Notes: generated by a model from the sequence alone, not told the origin. Shown: positions 10,561-23,354, counted from the whole stretch's first letter. The stretch: DNA of 63,715 nt, filler included, from Octopus bimaculoides (GCF_001194135.2; 6 parts of 5 records of this genome joined end to end with filler, not necessarily neighbours in it), one strand, 5' to 3'. Program-made: numbers and translations.

Positions 10561-12242
10561 AAAGATTCAAGGTACTCTTGTTTCTTTTGGCAAGAAAGGG
10601 ATTCTTTCTGCAAGTGAATGGTAAATTGTATGATTCTTGATATTACAAAGTGCAGTATTACATGATAGTAAAAAATGGACATTGAATGCAGAAGATGTAT
10701 TAAGGATAGAAAGAAATGGAGGCAAGTCCGCTCTGATGTATGTGGAAATAATATAAAAGAAAAACTGAATATTAAGAGGTATCAGATGTATTGTACAAAA
10801 GTCTGCACTGTAAGGAAATGGTGAGATTGCCAATTTCATTTGCAAGGCTAATGTCTCAATAAAGTATAGAATTTAAATACCTCTTTGTTTTTCTATCTCT
10901 AAGAGCATAGGCTTTTGTATTAATGTCAAAATGAATGTTAATATTTCTATCAAAAGAGTAGCAGATTACACTGTGTAACAAATTTTTTTTTTTTCTGTCT
11001 TTGGTTAGTAAGTGTTATTTCCTATTTGCTTCTACCTAGAAATCAAAGGAAATCACTACTATTCTCTTCAAACTTTGCTTTTGTGACGTGGACATCAATG
11101 TTTTGAAACTGACCTATTTTCCATTACATTTCAGACAGATTCACTGTTGAGTTGCTGAAGTAAAACTATCATTATTGTAAATATTCTTCTCAATACCATA
11201 GATTTGCTTGTCAGTTGCTTGACCTTAAATCACTTGAGCATGTCCTTTAGTGGCTGACATATGTGCATCTCTGATCATGAGCAGGAGTAGTGAAGGAGCA
11301 TCATAGCCATGTTTTGAGAGGGGTTATTTGAGATTTGAATAAATTAACAAGAGCAAAGTCTGAAGAAAATATTAGCCATTTTTCCTGGTAGTAAGCAAAT
11401 AGGAAATAACAGTTGCTACCCATGGGCAAAAATCAACTTTACACAGTGTTTGTAGTGTGAGTAGTTTGTATTCTGATAGTGTGATGTATACATTACTATG
11501 GTCATTTAATTGTGAAAGGGTACCACTGAATGGTATATAAATTACTGATTGAGTTGCTTCTGAAAAAGCAGTCTACTTTGAAGAACTATGATTGTTGGCC
11601 TATTGGTTAGTGTTTGGTATCTAATATAAATAATGACAGCATCCCTTTTTAGTGCTGATCTTCTACAAAGCTCAAGAGTGACCATTAAAGCACCCTTTAT
11701 ATGTACAGGATATTGCTGCTATTACAACTTACATAAACATTCTAAACCTTTTCAGCTGATTGACAAATGCTCATAGGCACTCTGTGAGCTAGTAACTGAA
11801 GTTTCCTCTACTGTTACTACGATGGCTTCTATTCCTCCGAACTAGCAAGTTTTTGTTCTCTCTTCTTGTCATCTCTACTGTAAAGGTCATGACCGCTGCC
11901 TTACCTTTTTGAATTCAATTAAAAGCCAAATACACATCCTTTGATAAGGAAACCTCAGTATACTTTGCCAGAAATCTAATAATAAAGACACTAAAAGTCA
12001 TGATTTAAAATGGCTATGTCTTTCATGTAAATATTTCAATTTTTAAATGCAACCTGCTTTGATGCCAAAACTGCTAAAAGGAAAATGCTTAATCAGTTTT
12101 TGATCTTTTTCTAATTGGATAAGTTATTCTGGATTCACTATTTTACCATAACTACTACTATCCTATCACCCTTCTTTTTAGATTGTTGCTGTTTCTAATT
12201 TGCTACTTTTATATTATATCTATTTTCATTGATTCCACTTAG

Positions 12243-12427
12243 GTGTCAGTATATATGGTGAGAAATTCAATGATGAAAACTTCAAGCTAAAGCACTATGG
12301 AGCTGGCTGGCTATCGATGGCAAATGCTGGCAAAGATACAAATGGTTCACAGTTCTTCATTACCACTAAAAAAACTGACTGGCTTGATGGACGCCATGTT
12401 GTTTTTGGTAAAGTCCTTGAAGGGATG
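12243..12427 (+). CDS. PPIB: Cyclophilin B exon 4
   Basis: ccacttag|(G)[61 protein letters not shown]|gtaaga; 185 nt, the same length and phases as human PPIB exon 4; cyclosporin-binding Trp retained (WLDG). Confidence 0.97.
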
Positions 12428-13120
12428 GTAAGATACCATTGATGTCCTATTTTCTTTACTTCATTTTTCAATAAGCTTTATGAGCAGTAGTGCTTGTCAG
12501 AAATGTTTTTCTTGCACCTGCTGTCTTATAATTTCTAGGTGAATCTTTTTGCAAGTTATTTTTGTATTTTTTAACATCATATATAGCTGGTGTTATAGTA
12601 AATTCATGCTAATGTCTATTTAACCTTTTAACATTCAGACTATTCTGCCAAATGTAATGTTTATTTACTTACATTGTTTTGAATTAATCATGCATTATCT
12701 CACAGCTTTGAAATTTTGATGATGTGATTGTGTAATTGTACTAAGACATTGTTCAGTAGATGTGAGAGGCCAAATCTGGCCAGTTTGGGCCAGAAATAGC
12801 TGGTTTAAATACTAAAGAGTTAAACAAACAACACCTTTTGATCATTCTGAGCCACCTATGTGAGAAAGCCTAGAAAGATTACTGTGCTGTTCTTACTTTA
12901 TAAAGAAAGTATGAAAATCAGAGGCTCATTTCTCCAGTTTTAATGATAATGTCAAAAGCAGATTTATGTTTAGCTCCTTCACCTTTTAACTAAGTTATAG
13001 GAATACAATACTCTTTGCTGATTTTTGTGATTGAAACCTGTGGTCCCATCACTGGAAGATTTTTATTAGCAAGTCTCTAATATTGTTTTACATTTTAATT
13101 AATTTATCTTTTAATTGCAG

Positions 13121-13255
13121 AAAGTGGTTCGTGAAATTGAAAATACTAAGACTGGTGAACAAGATCGACCAGAAGTTCCAGTTATCATTGAAGATTGTGG
13201 TTCACTTCCAGTAGATGAACCATTCGCTGTTTCAAAAACCTCAGCTGACAAATAA
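13121..13255 (+). CDS. PPIB: Cyclophilin B exon 5 (terminal coding exon)
   Basis: ttaattgcag|KVVREIENTKTGEQDRPEVPVIIEDCGSLPVDEPFAVSKTSADK* (TAA 13253-13255); the C-terminal extension resembles the PPIB 'EKPFAIAKE' tail. Confidence 0.95.
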   Translation, partial: KVVREIENTKTGEQDRPEVPVIIEDCGSLPVDEPFAVSKTSADK

Positions 13256-15973
13256 ATTTTTTATGCAATATTTCTAAATCAAGTTTTTCTGGGTGTCTTT
13301 TTAATGAAGCGAAATGCTTGTTTTAATGTGGGAAAAGATGTCCCCTTCCCAACCCCTCTTTCTCAAATATGCCAAAATGTCTTCACTTTGTAAGTGAACA
13401 TTTTGATTTGGAATTTAGTTTATTCTTCAAAATAATATTACATTGTATTCAAAGTTGATTGTTATAAATGAGTTTGGTAATGAGCAGTGAAGCCAGCCAC
13501 TTTTACCCATTTGTTTACAAGATCTGTAATAGAAACTTGATAGCATATTTAGATCTGGGTGCTTAGTCAAGCATATTTTGTGTGATGCTTTCTGCTTTCT
13601 GGTTTTAGTTAAGTGGCTTATGCACACAATCTACATAGGCTTTATGAACCTAGTCAGATTGATGTAGTTATATGTAGCTTGAATAGCTTCAAGTTAGATG
13701 CCTATAACAAAAAATATGGGTTGGAATGGAATTCCAAAGGGTTGATTTTTCTGGAGAGAGACTAGAAAAAAAGATTTGTGCAAAAACTGAGAAATGGAGA
13801 AATAGAATGAGTGATAAGAGAATAAATGATTGGTGAGCTTCAGTGGAAATATGCAACTGGCTAGTTCTTAGGAGCAGCAAAAAGATAACGCATTTGTTGT
13901 GTAAAAGTTGGAGTGTATTAGTGAGTTCTTGCCAGTCAACCAGATGGATTTCTTTTCTCTGTTTTAGGATGTTTTTTTGTGTAGCAGTAGTACCTCTTCA
14001 GCTGAGGCAATGGTTTTCTTCAGCTTTTATTAAAGACAACATGTTTGGGACCAAATTTTTACTTTTAGTTCTTTGGATGTAGTTTTTGCTAAGTTATGGA
14101 TGCGAGAGCCCTTTAGTTTTTCAGGTCTCTTAATAGAGGTGATGAATGTTTGATGTCGAGTATCTATATTGACTGGATGGCGCCAGTGTGCTGGAGTGAA
14201 AAGTGGTATACTTTGCAAAAGAATGAAATTTGTTAGAGGTGACAGCAAGTAGGTCTTTAATACATAAGAGGAAAAAATATCTATTTTTCTCTCCCTGCAT
14301 TAGTATGCAGTTTATCTAGAATGGTTAGCTGCTTGAAATTCCCCACAAGGCAAGTTTGATAATACTGCTTCTAATTGTTACGTATAAATAAAATCTAAAT
14401 TGTTTTTGTTTAGTTATCCAAAGAAGTGTTTTGATCTAAAAGACTTTTGACTTTAGTTTAGTGATACTTCTATGTATGACTGCTAATCATTTCAGCCATT
14501 GGTTCTTGCTGGTTGTTGGACAGTGTTTTCAGAAAAGAAAAAAAAGACTATATCCATCAGTATATACAGTTCCTTAGCATTCCTCTCTTCCTTTTTCTCT
14601 GCAGGTTTCTTCTGAACAACTGAGATTGTGTCCAGTGCCACTTTCTTTCATTGATTTCTATATTGACAGAACCTATTGGGTTTATTTCTATTGTTGAAGA
14701 AAAGCTCCATACAATGATGGACTTACTTCACATTTGAACTGAAGATGTAGATTTTACTGTTTTGGAGACGAGTCTTGATTTCTGGATGTTATTTCAGCTG
14801 GAGAAAAATGACATGCTTTCACAGCAGAAATCATTTTTTTTTTTTTTTTTTTTNNNNNNNNNNNNNNNNNNNNNNNNNNNNNNNNNNNNNNNNNNNNNNN
14901 NNNNNNNNNNNNNNNNNNNNNNNNNNNNNNNNNNNNNNNNNNNNNNNNNNNNNNNNNNNNNNNNNNNNNNNNNNNNNNNNNNNNNNNNNNNNNNNNNNNN
15001 NNNNNNNNNNNNNNNNNNNNNNNNNNNNNNNNNNNNNNNNNNNNNNNNNNNNNNNNNNNNNNNNNNNNNNNNNNNNNNNNNNNNNNNNNNNNNNNNNNNN
15101 NNNNNNNNNNNNNNNNNNNNNNNNNNNNNNNNNNNNNNNNNNNNNNNNNNNNNNNNNNNNNNNNNNNNNNNNNNNNNNNNNNNNNNNNNNNNNNNNNNNN
15201 NNNNNNNNNNNNNNNNNNNNNNNNNNNNNNNNNNNNNNNNNNNNNNNNNNNNNNNNNNNNNNNNNNNNNNNNNNNNNNNNNNNNNNNNNNNNNNNNNNNN
15301 NNNNNNNNNNNNNNNNNNNNNNNNNNNNNNNNNNNNNNNNNNNNNNNNNNNNNNNNNNNNNNNNNNNNNNNNNNNNNNNNNNNNNNNNNNNNNNNNNNNN
15401 NNNNNNNNNNNNNNNNNNNNNNNNNNNNNNNNNNNNNNNNNNNNNNNNNNNNNNNNNNNNNNNNNNNNNNNNGGGAAAAAATATGACAGTTATCATGGTG
15501 ACAGTTTGTCGAACTCAAAGAAATATTTCATTATGAGCATGTCTTGTTGAAATGTACAAATATTACCTCAGAGAGACCTATGACCATTTCTTTGTTTAAA
15601 TTAAGCCAGCATACTTCACTGGGCATGTACGACAGTGTACATGTTTTAAGAAAAAAAGTTGAAACTTCCTGACGCGGGGAAAAAACTGACCAACAAGAAC
15701 TTGGTCGCCAGAACTAACCAAGACAATAGTTATTGTCCCGTGACCAAGTTCTTTTCTTTAGCATCAAGTCACAGTTATTGGTCAGTTTCAACTTCCCAAT
15801 GCGAGGGAAAAAAAAGTATATGCTGTTTGAGCCACCCTCTGCATATATAAACAGTACTTTTCAGCCTTTCTTCCTTTTTAAATTCTAGGAAGAGCCCCTA
15901 CATGCCTGTATTGCATTTCAGGATGGACAATCAATGCCACATAGTGGATTCCGTAATACCCATTGGTAACTTA

Positions 15974-16806
15974 ATGCGAAAGAAATATATTCTCAGAGAG
16001 ATTCAGGGCATGGCAAACAGTTCAAACTTGACCATAGAATTCTTTGCCTCTGTGGGGCTAATAAAAAATTCAGCTGAGTGTTGCAATAACCTGATGACCC
16101 TTACACCAAAGAAAAGAACTTCTGAATGTGGAGATGTCGAACTTGTAGGCACTGTCGAAGTTTGAGAAAAGATACTTTTTTTGCGGATCCCCGCATATCA
16201 CTGGCACAGCTCCTAGTTTTAATCTATTACTGAGCTGAAATGGATTGTAAGCAGTCTGTAGTTATGAGAGATGTTGGGATCGGATGGAAAGCAATAGTCA
16301 ATTGGTATAACTACTTTTGGGACATTTGTGCCATGTGGTGCATTGATAATCCTGTCCAGCTTGGTGGGCAGGATGTTGTTGTCGAGATAAATGAATCAAA
16401 GTCTATGCATTCCAAATAACACAGGTCATTATATGCCGGGCAACTGGGTTCTTGGAATAGTGGAACATGGGACACTAAGATGTGTATTAGTTCCTGTCCC
16501 AACCGAAGTGCAGTGACACTGCTGCCAATAATCAATGACCATGTGCTGCCAGGGATAAAGATTATAACCGATTGGTGGAAGGCATATAATGCTTTGCAAG
16601 GTCATTCAACAGTGAACCACAGTGCTCATTTTGTAGACCCCAACGACCCTACGGTCCACAAACACAGTGGAGGAGTTGTGGAGCCACATAAAGACGAAAT
16701 ATCGCAATATGCGTTATTTTCAACTTATCTGTTAGAGTTTAGTTGGCGACGATACAATGCTTTTATGAATTTCATAAAATGCATTAGGCAGTATTATACT
16801 GTATAA
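15974..16806 (+). mobile_element. Merlin (IS1595/ISXO2-like DDE) transposase pseudogene
   Basis: Frames joined by hand: CRTCRHCRSLRKDTFF ... WYNYFWDIC ... QLGGQDVVVEINESK ... IITDWWKAYNAL ... TVNHSAHFVDP. These are Merlin-type motifs (VEIDES, SDxWxAY, VNHS..FVDP); the first catalytic D is now N, and there are stops and frameshifts. TIRs were not established. Confidence 0.8.
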
Positions 16807-17494
16807 TTTAAACTTCAAGAATGTTTTTTATGAAATTCATAAAATGCATTGTATAGTCCCTCCTCTTCTCCTTTTTAGTGGTTAAAAACAAAACATGGAC
16901 TAGTATAATTGATACGGCGTTCTCGTTTTCTGATATTTGCGATGCATAAACTTCGATTCTGTTTTATGCTTGGAAATTTGTGGATTTTACATACACACAT
17001 GAAGCAGGTAAAAACAAATATGCGAGGCTTTTTTTCTGCAAGTTTAAAATGAGACATTGCTGGCATAATTTCATTATATCTATATTCCACAACCCATAAA
17101 AACAGAACAGGCACACATAGAGACAAGGACAAGCACGCACAAAGACAAGAACAAGCATGCACACAACTCATTAGCTTTCTTCTCCTCCTCCCATTTCGGC
17201 AACGGCCATTTGGCACGGAAATACTCGAAGTCGAATGTTTTGATTCTGTCTAGGTACAATAGGGCTTATATCATCAGTTATCATTCTCCACCCGGAAGTC
17301 CCTTTTCTTTCCTGTTGACCAACTTCCTAACAAGCCTGCAGCGAAGTATCTGTCTCCAGTTTGTCTGCCGTGAATCCTACCCTACACATTTCTGTTTTTG
17401 GGAATTTTCAGAAAATGTTTGCATATTTGTTCTACACACGGGAATTTATATGATTATGAAAAATAAAGTTTTAAAATTTTTTTCATATTTATCT

Positions 17495-17852
17495 TTTGTT
17501 TCAGTCATTTGACAGTGGTCATCCTGGGGCACTGCCTTGAGGAACTTTTAGTTGAATGGATCAACTCCAGGACTTATTTTCTTTTTAAAGCCTGGTACTT
17601 ATTCTATTGGTGTTTTGCCAAACTGCTAGATTACAGAGACATAAATACACTAACAGTAGTTGTCAAGAGGTGGTGGGGTCAAATAGACACAGATATATAT
17701 ACATACATATATGATGTGCTTTGTTCAGTTTCTGTTTAGCAAATCCACTAACAAGGATTTGGTTGGCTTGAAGGTATAGTAGAAGGCATTTGCCCAAGGA
17801 ACCAAGCTCTAGGACTGAATCCAGAATCATGTGGTTGGCAAGCAAGCTTCTT
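17495..17852 (-). mobile_element. Dominant tRNA/CORE-type SINE, interrupted in its head by a Tx1/L1 LINE (remaining head at 20962-21003)
   Basis: Tail, microsatellite, core and B-box region are present; the remainder 'gggaagcaagctctttatcatacaaccacacctgcgcctat' resumes at 20962. Confidence 0.85.
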
Positions 17853-20800
17853 TATTTCATTAAAATTTGCCATACAGGCATTACAAGGAGGGGACAGACA
17901 AACATAAAAAGGTGAAGAAGCTGTGACGATTAAAAAAGTTCATTTTATCAAATGATGAATTGTTTAAAAATTTATGATACACACTGCAACATGCGGTGTA
18001 TTCCTTGAAGGAAAGGCATCCGGCCACCAAGGTAGAACCTTTGTTTTTCTTCCGGGGCTCCACTTACCTGGTGTCACTCACTCCCAGCTTTCTTGCCACA
18101 AACTTCCATCTTTCATCGAATCTGTTTTGTGTTTCTTCGAATCTGTTTTGTGTTTCTTCTCCAGCCTGATCTTACTACTGAGGTGTTAACTAGAAAAGTT
18201 AAACAACCCCTGGCCAGATACAAAGGTACCTGTCACACGCGTCTTCCATACTATATCTTTCAGTATGGCTACTACGCAGAAAAAGCAAGTCTTCCTCTCC
18301 CTGTTAAGGGAAGGAAGCGGCACAATCTCGATAATAGACTCAGTTGATAGTTGTACTCTTCCCATTGATGACAACAATTGTTCTATGAAAGCTATCAGTC
18401 CCGTTAATTCTGGACACTCCACAAATGTGTGCAAGATGGTTTCCCTGTCCTGCCTGCACCTCGGACATGTCAACGAGACAGCACTTCCGTGCCTTAACAG
18501 TTTATCACGAACAGGTAATGCCGCACGGAAGCACTGCCAAGCCATTCTGGTAATTGTCCAGATCCCCAACCTGAAAGCTCTCCTGGACAGATTAATCAAC
18601 TGATTTTCATTGTAGCCCAGGGTCTCCCACAAGGCGTCTTTGAACATAAACTCCACTAACCTGCTATAAAAATCTGCGGTGGAACTCCTGCTGCTGGCAT
18701 TGTCCGCCTGAGAGAGCAGCTGAAGTGCCTGACGGCACTCCAGCTGCCAGTCCCCCAGCCTAGATCTCTGCTTGATCCATGTACCAATGTCCATTAAGGA
18801 CGTTAACTGCTGAAGATAGAACCGAACATGCGGTGACCACACCTGCTCTCCATCCAGGTAAAGCCAGAGGTGCCTCAACCTTAACGCGAATTTTCGCATC
18901 TTCAGCCAAGGCATCCCTAGCCCACCCTTTAGCGGTTTCTGGCAGCAAGTGGCTTTCTTCCCTTCCACAAAAAGCGGAAAAGGATTCTCTCCAACTTGTT
19001 CAGCCACAAATCGAGGCAAGGCACCACAGTTAGACGGTAGGTGATTACTGATGCTATAAACATCTGCACCACCTCTGCCCTCCCTAGCAAGTACAACGCC
19101 CGCCCAGACCAGGTCTGGGTTAGAGCAGTCACCTTGCTGGTCACCTCACTCCAATTTTTCTCTATCTGAAGATCTGGACCAACCCAGACTCCGAGCAGCT
19201 TAACAGGACCTTCCGTCTATTGTCCCACGACATTATTGGATGCCATTGGCTTGCCACTCCAGGTGCTGAGTTGCAAACCGACTGACTTGTCCTTGTTAAC
19301 CTTTGCTCCTGCCACCGCCCCGTAACTTTTGATGGCCTCTTCCACTACTGGAAGCTGGCCCTCATCCGCCACGATGATGGAGATGTCATATGCATACACC
19401 GTAGCTCCTCTTCCACACCATAGATCATGCGGCGCACCCCNNNNNNNNNNNNNNNNNNNNNNNNNNNNNNNNNNNNNNNNNNNNNNNNNNNNNNNNNNNN
19501 NNNNNNNNNNNNNNNNNNNNNNNNNNNNNNNNNNNNNNNNNNNNNNNNNNNNNNNNNNNNNNNNNNNNNNNNNNNNNNNNNNNNNNNNNNNNNNNNNNNN
19601 NNNNNNNNNNNNNNNNNNNNNNNNNNNNNNNNNNNNNNNNNNNNNNNNNNNNNNNNNNNNNNNNNNNNNNNNNNNNNNNNNNNNNNNNNNNNNNNNNNNN
19701 NNNNNNNNNNNNNNNNNNNNNNNNNNNNNNNNNNNNNNNNNNNNNNNNNNNNNNNNNNNNNNNNNNNNNNNNNNNNNNNNNNNNNNNNNNNNNNNNNNNN
19801 NNNNNNNNNNNNNNNNNNNNGCGCACGTTTGCACTTCCCCTACAAGTTTGTCCACGACATGCGCCAACCTTTTCGCTAGCACCTTGGCCAAAATCTTTAA
19901 CTGTTCAACAGACTTATGGGCCTGAAATTTCCTATTTCGTCCCCCTTGCTTGGGTCCTTCCTGATCAACATCACCATCCTTCGGCTCGCAGACTTGGGAA
20001 TTCTCCCATTCTGCTGCCAATTGGTGTAGACGCTGGCCAGCAGGTGCCCGAACAAGTCTGGCATACTTTTATAAAATTCATAGGGCAGACCATTGAGACC
20101 CAGCGACTTCTCCCCGGAGCATTTGCCTAGCACCTTGATCACCTCCTCGGCTATGATTGGCCCTTCACAGCACTCAGCCTCTTGTGCCGATAGACGTGGG
20201 CCACCGATAGACGTGGGCAGTCACTAAGGGCCTTACCATGATCCAGCGTCCCACCCCTCCTGAACAACTCGGCGAAGTGCTTGTAAAGCGTCTCACACAT
20301 CTCTTCCTGTCCCTCGACCGAACTCCCATTGTCATTAATAAGACCTTATTGTGGTATCATTGCCACGTTGGGTTTCTACTGTATGGGCCCATCTGGCAAC
20401 ATTAATTCCCTCATGGCCCAATGTGCGCACTTTAGCCTGAACTCTGCACCCCTCATGTTTGGCTTTGAGGTGATGGTCCAGGGCCATTCTCGCTGCCAAA
20501 ATGTGGGATGCAGAACTCAACCTCAACGCCTCCTCTAGGTCCTTAACTAGTTGCCCTTCTATTCTAACCTTAGCTGGTGGCTAAACCTAACAGACTCGAA
20601 ATGAATGGCTCTCTTGAGGGTGAACCACCACCGGTAAATGCCCTCTGTACTAGTTCCTTAATCCAGCTACAATATGCCTCGCAAGTCAAAATAGACTTGT
20701 TTAGCTTCCAGTAGCCGGATCCTCTCTGAACTGAACTATCTATGTCCAATCTACACTTAACCATTCTATGGTCAGTGTAAGCTACTTGGACAAGCAGTGG

Positions 20801-20961
20801 ACAGCTAAAACTATCCTCATCTCTAGTTCTTATCATTATTCTGTCTAAGTAAGACTTGAGCCTTCCGTCACCATTAATCCAAATCCACTCTGGGACATTT
20901 GGGTGGTCAAGCCTGTAACGATCTGCTAGCTGAAAGCGCTTAAGCAGATCTACGAGGTGTG
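17853..20961 (-). mobile_element. 5'-truncated Tx1/L1-clade LINE, ORF2 pseudogene (APE C-terminus, RT, CCHC zinc finger) plus 3'UTR
   Basis: SYLDRI..TDH and GYWKLNKSIL (endonuclease end); GLNGLPYEFY, NFRPISLLN and KILAKVLAKRL (RT); YAYD (decayed YADD); AALPVRDKL...CPRCRQDRETILHTFVECP (zf-RVT). Stops, frameshifts and an N gap at 19441-19820; degenerate 16-bp TSD. Confidence 0.92.
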
Positions 20962-21721
20962 GGGAAGCAAGCTCTTTATCATACAACCACACCTGCGCCT
21001 ATTTTTTTAAAGATTTAAGAGACAAAAAAAAAAATCATAAATTTTCAAAACCCTTTTTTTTTTGGGAAAATGATGATCCCTCCTCCCATCATTCCGAAAG
21101 CTGTGGGGGAAAAAATTGGAAATTTCGCCGTCAAAACAGAGAAATTTCAACTTCTGTGGGTTTCCTGATCTGAAACTCCTCTTCCCATATTGGAAAAAGA
21201 AAATCCCAACAAATTTCCTTATAATCGTAATCTATGCTGCTTGAAAGGTATTTGTATAAAATTTCATTAAAAGATATTCATTTTCCAGAAACGTTAAAAT
21301 GTATCTATTTTTCTGGAAGGAAAGATCACCGATATCTTTTAATGAAATTTTGGTTAATGTTTAACATTAACCTAACCTATTAACCACACATTTTCTTATT
21401 ATACATTCCAGATTTCCAGGAAATTACGTTGAAAATCTTCCCAGTGACTTATTTTGTGCCGAATCGTGTTTCTCAGAAAGCCGGGTATCATTTATTTATT
21501 TCAAGTAACCATGACATTGCTGCATTTTTAGCAAATTACATCACGATTCTTCGCATTTACTAATCATATGATTAGAAAGCCGGAAGTCATATGACAGTTG
21601 AAAACGAAAGTATTCAGAAATGAAAGTTACAAACGGAAGAAAATAGTCAAAATGAAATTATGTTGTATATAAATATACTTTGGTAAAGAATTAACAAGAT
21701 ATTGTGGCGAGCACTATGATT

Positions 21722-22240
21722 TTAATTAATTGAGATTATACTGATATAAATTCGAGATGAATTACTGAATATAGAAATACAATTCGAAGGGAGCTGACTA
21801 CAACCCAATAATTTCTTCATTAAGTCAAAGTTAGCCCCCTTTAAATGCTTTCTGATAAGTAAATTTACTGCCCACGCCATTTTACTTGCTGCATCATCTT
21901 TAATTTCATAAAAAAGACAATCAAAAGTCATGGAATCTGGTATTCCCGTGGAAAAGAGACGCTTCTGATTATCATTTTTCACATCTTCATATGTAAGCAC
22001 AGGTGCTTTTGCCTGTGTTTCACAATCCACCATCTTACTTTCCAAGGTCTGAGTACTATTTGTATAAATAGGTTTATTGATAAGATCACATTGTATTCCT
22101 ATTTCCTTGGTACGAATTTCTTGTACAGTCTGCACTAACTTGTGTGTAAAAGCTGAGAATGATTCAGGATTAACTGGACCACAGTAATCATGAAACATTA
22201 AAGAATTGTTCAGCATAGACATGGTAGGACTTACGAAGCA
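21722..22240 (-). mobile_element. Decayed ISL2EU/Harbinger-like DNA transposase fragment
   Basis: ORF LTYEDVKNDNQKRLFSTGIPDSMTFDCLF resembles the 'D....FYTG.P....F' segment of these transposases, followed by an HTH-like 'SSRIYISIIS' (compare DLAxRFxISxS). The similarity is by eye only. Confidence 0.45.
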
Positions 22241-22556
22241 ACCAAGCTGGTATCTAGTTCAAAACGGGGGCACCAGTATTTTCTTAACGAAACACTTTGA
22301 AACTTGGGACACTGGTAGAATGTGTCATATAAAACATCTTTTTCTCTTAGTCTTCTTAAGAAAAATTATTATATTGCAATATATTTCATGTTAAAGTTGT
22401 CGTATTTCTGTAATTTCAACCAATGACTGACGTCCATTCAGCCGAATACATTAGGTGCTGACTACGTAAACAAACGATTCTGGCGGTGATAAAATTATTA
22501 TTTCCTTGTCAAAAAATGGCTGAAGCATATTGGCAGTAGCTAATAAACCTTTCTAT

Positions 22557-22656
22557 NNNNNNNNNNNNNNNNNNNNNNNNNNNNNNNNNNNNNNNNNNNN
22601 TTAATTAATTAANNNNNNNNNNNNNNNNNNNNNNNNNNNNNNNNNNNNNNNNNNNN
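22557..22656. other. Artificial scaffold join (44 N + TTAATTAATTAA + 44 N)
   Basis: Exactly 100 bp; the linker at 22601-22612 has stop codons in all six frames. Confidence 0.95.
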
Positions 22657-22859
22657 ATATATATATATATATATATATATAGGGTGTCCATAGGCTACAG
22701 GCATCACTAAATATATCCCCAATAGTTTCTATATATTTTTTGATAACATAATAGGTTTGTTAAGGTGATGTCTATATTACAATATTACAATAACCAATAA
22801 TATGTTGTGCATGTATAGTAATATTACGATCATGAAATTAGCATTAGTTTATCTCACTC

Positions 22860-22932
22860 TTTCTCGCGGAATCCCTAGGAACCTCTTGCGGAACTCTTGG
22901 GTTCCAGATAACCCTGGTTCAGAAACGCTTGT
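22860..22932. mobile_element. Possible hAT-type non-autonomous terminus
   Basis: 'gcggaatccctaggaacc...gggttccagataaccctggttcagaaacgc' resembles hAT MITE ends of the form GGGTTCC..AACCCTGGTTGAGAAAC. Confidence 0.3.
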
Positions 22933-22939
22933 CTAGATA

Positions 22940-23075
22940 GGGATACCAAAATAAAAGAGGTTAGTTATAAGTTATCTAGGAATATCTGATGATGATAGAA
23001 TGAAGCGCTCATCATTGAGAGGAAAAATAAGAAAGGAATGCTATCGTAGAGTAAGAGCTATTCTGAATTTCTGAA
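22940..23075 (+). mobile_element. R4/Dong-like LINE fragment (post-RT region)
   Basis: Decayed YK(Y)LGI followed by in-frame GKIRKECYRRVRAIL, typical of the 'YKYLGI...K.KEY.RR.R.IL' segment. Confidence 0.5.
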
Positions 23076-23354
23076 TGCCTAATTGAGAATACAGTCTCTG
23101 GATTTTAGTATTTCTGAGTTAAAAAAAGAAAAAGGGAAGATTTCTTCCCAAGACGTGATCGGAAAATGACGAAAATGAAAAAATGTAGAAGCCAGCCTTT
23201 ATACAGAATAAATGTGAAAATTGAGGGCAGAATCTAGTCATCAACTGGAATATACTGGAACGAAGCCGTGAAAAGAGGAAGGAAAAAAATCGTTTTTACA
23301 TTAGAAGTTTCAGAACCCTGTAGAATATAAATGTCCTCATTGGTGAAAGCATCA

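Noticed and set aside
9551-13120. Intronic snoRNA in PPIB introns
   Set aside because: No convincing box C/D pair with a terminal stem or H/ACA structure was identified; an Infernal/snoscan run would be needed.
20962-20992. MWLYDKELASP as the N-terminus of LINE ORF2
   Set aside because: These codons come from the host SINE head and TSD; the LINE is 5'-truncated inside the endonuclease domain.
22601-22612. TTAATTAATTAA as a recurring regulatory motif or CRISPR-like repeat
   Set aside because: It is always centred in exactly 44+44 N, so it is an assembly linker.
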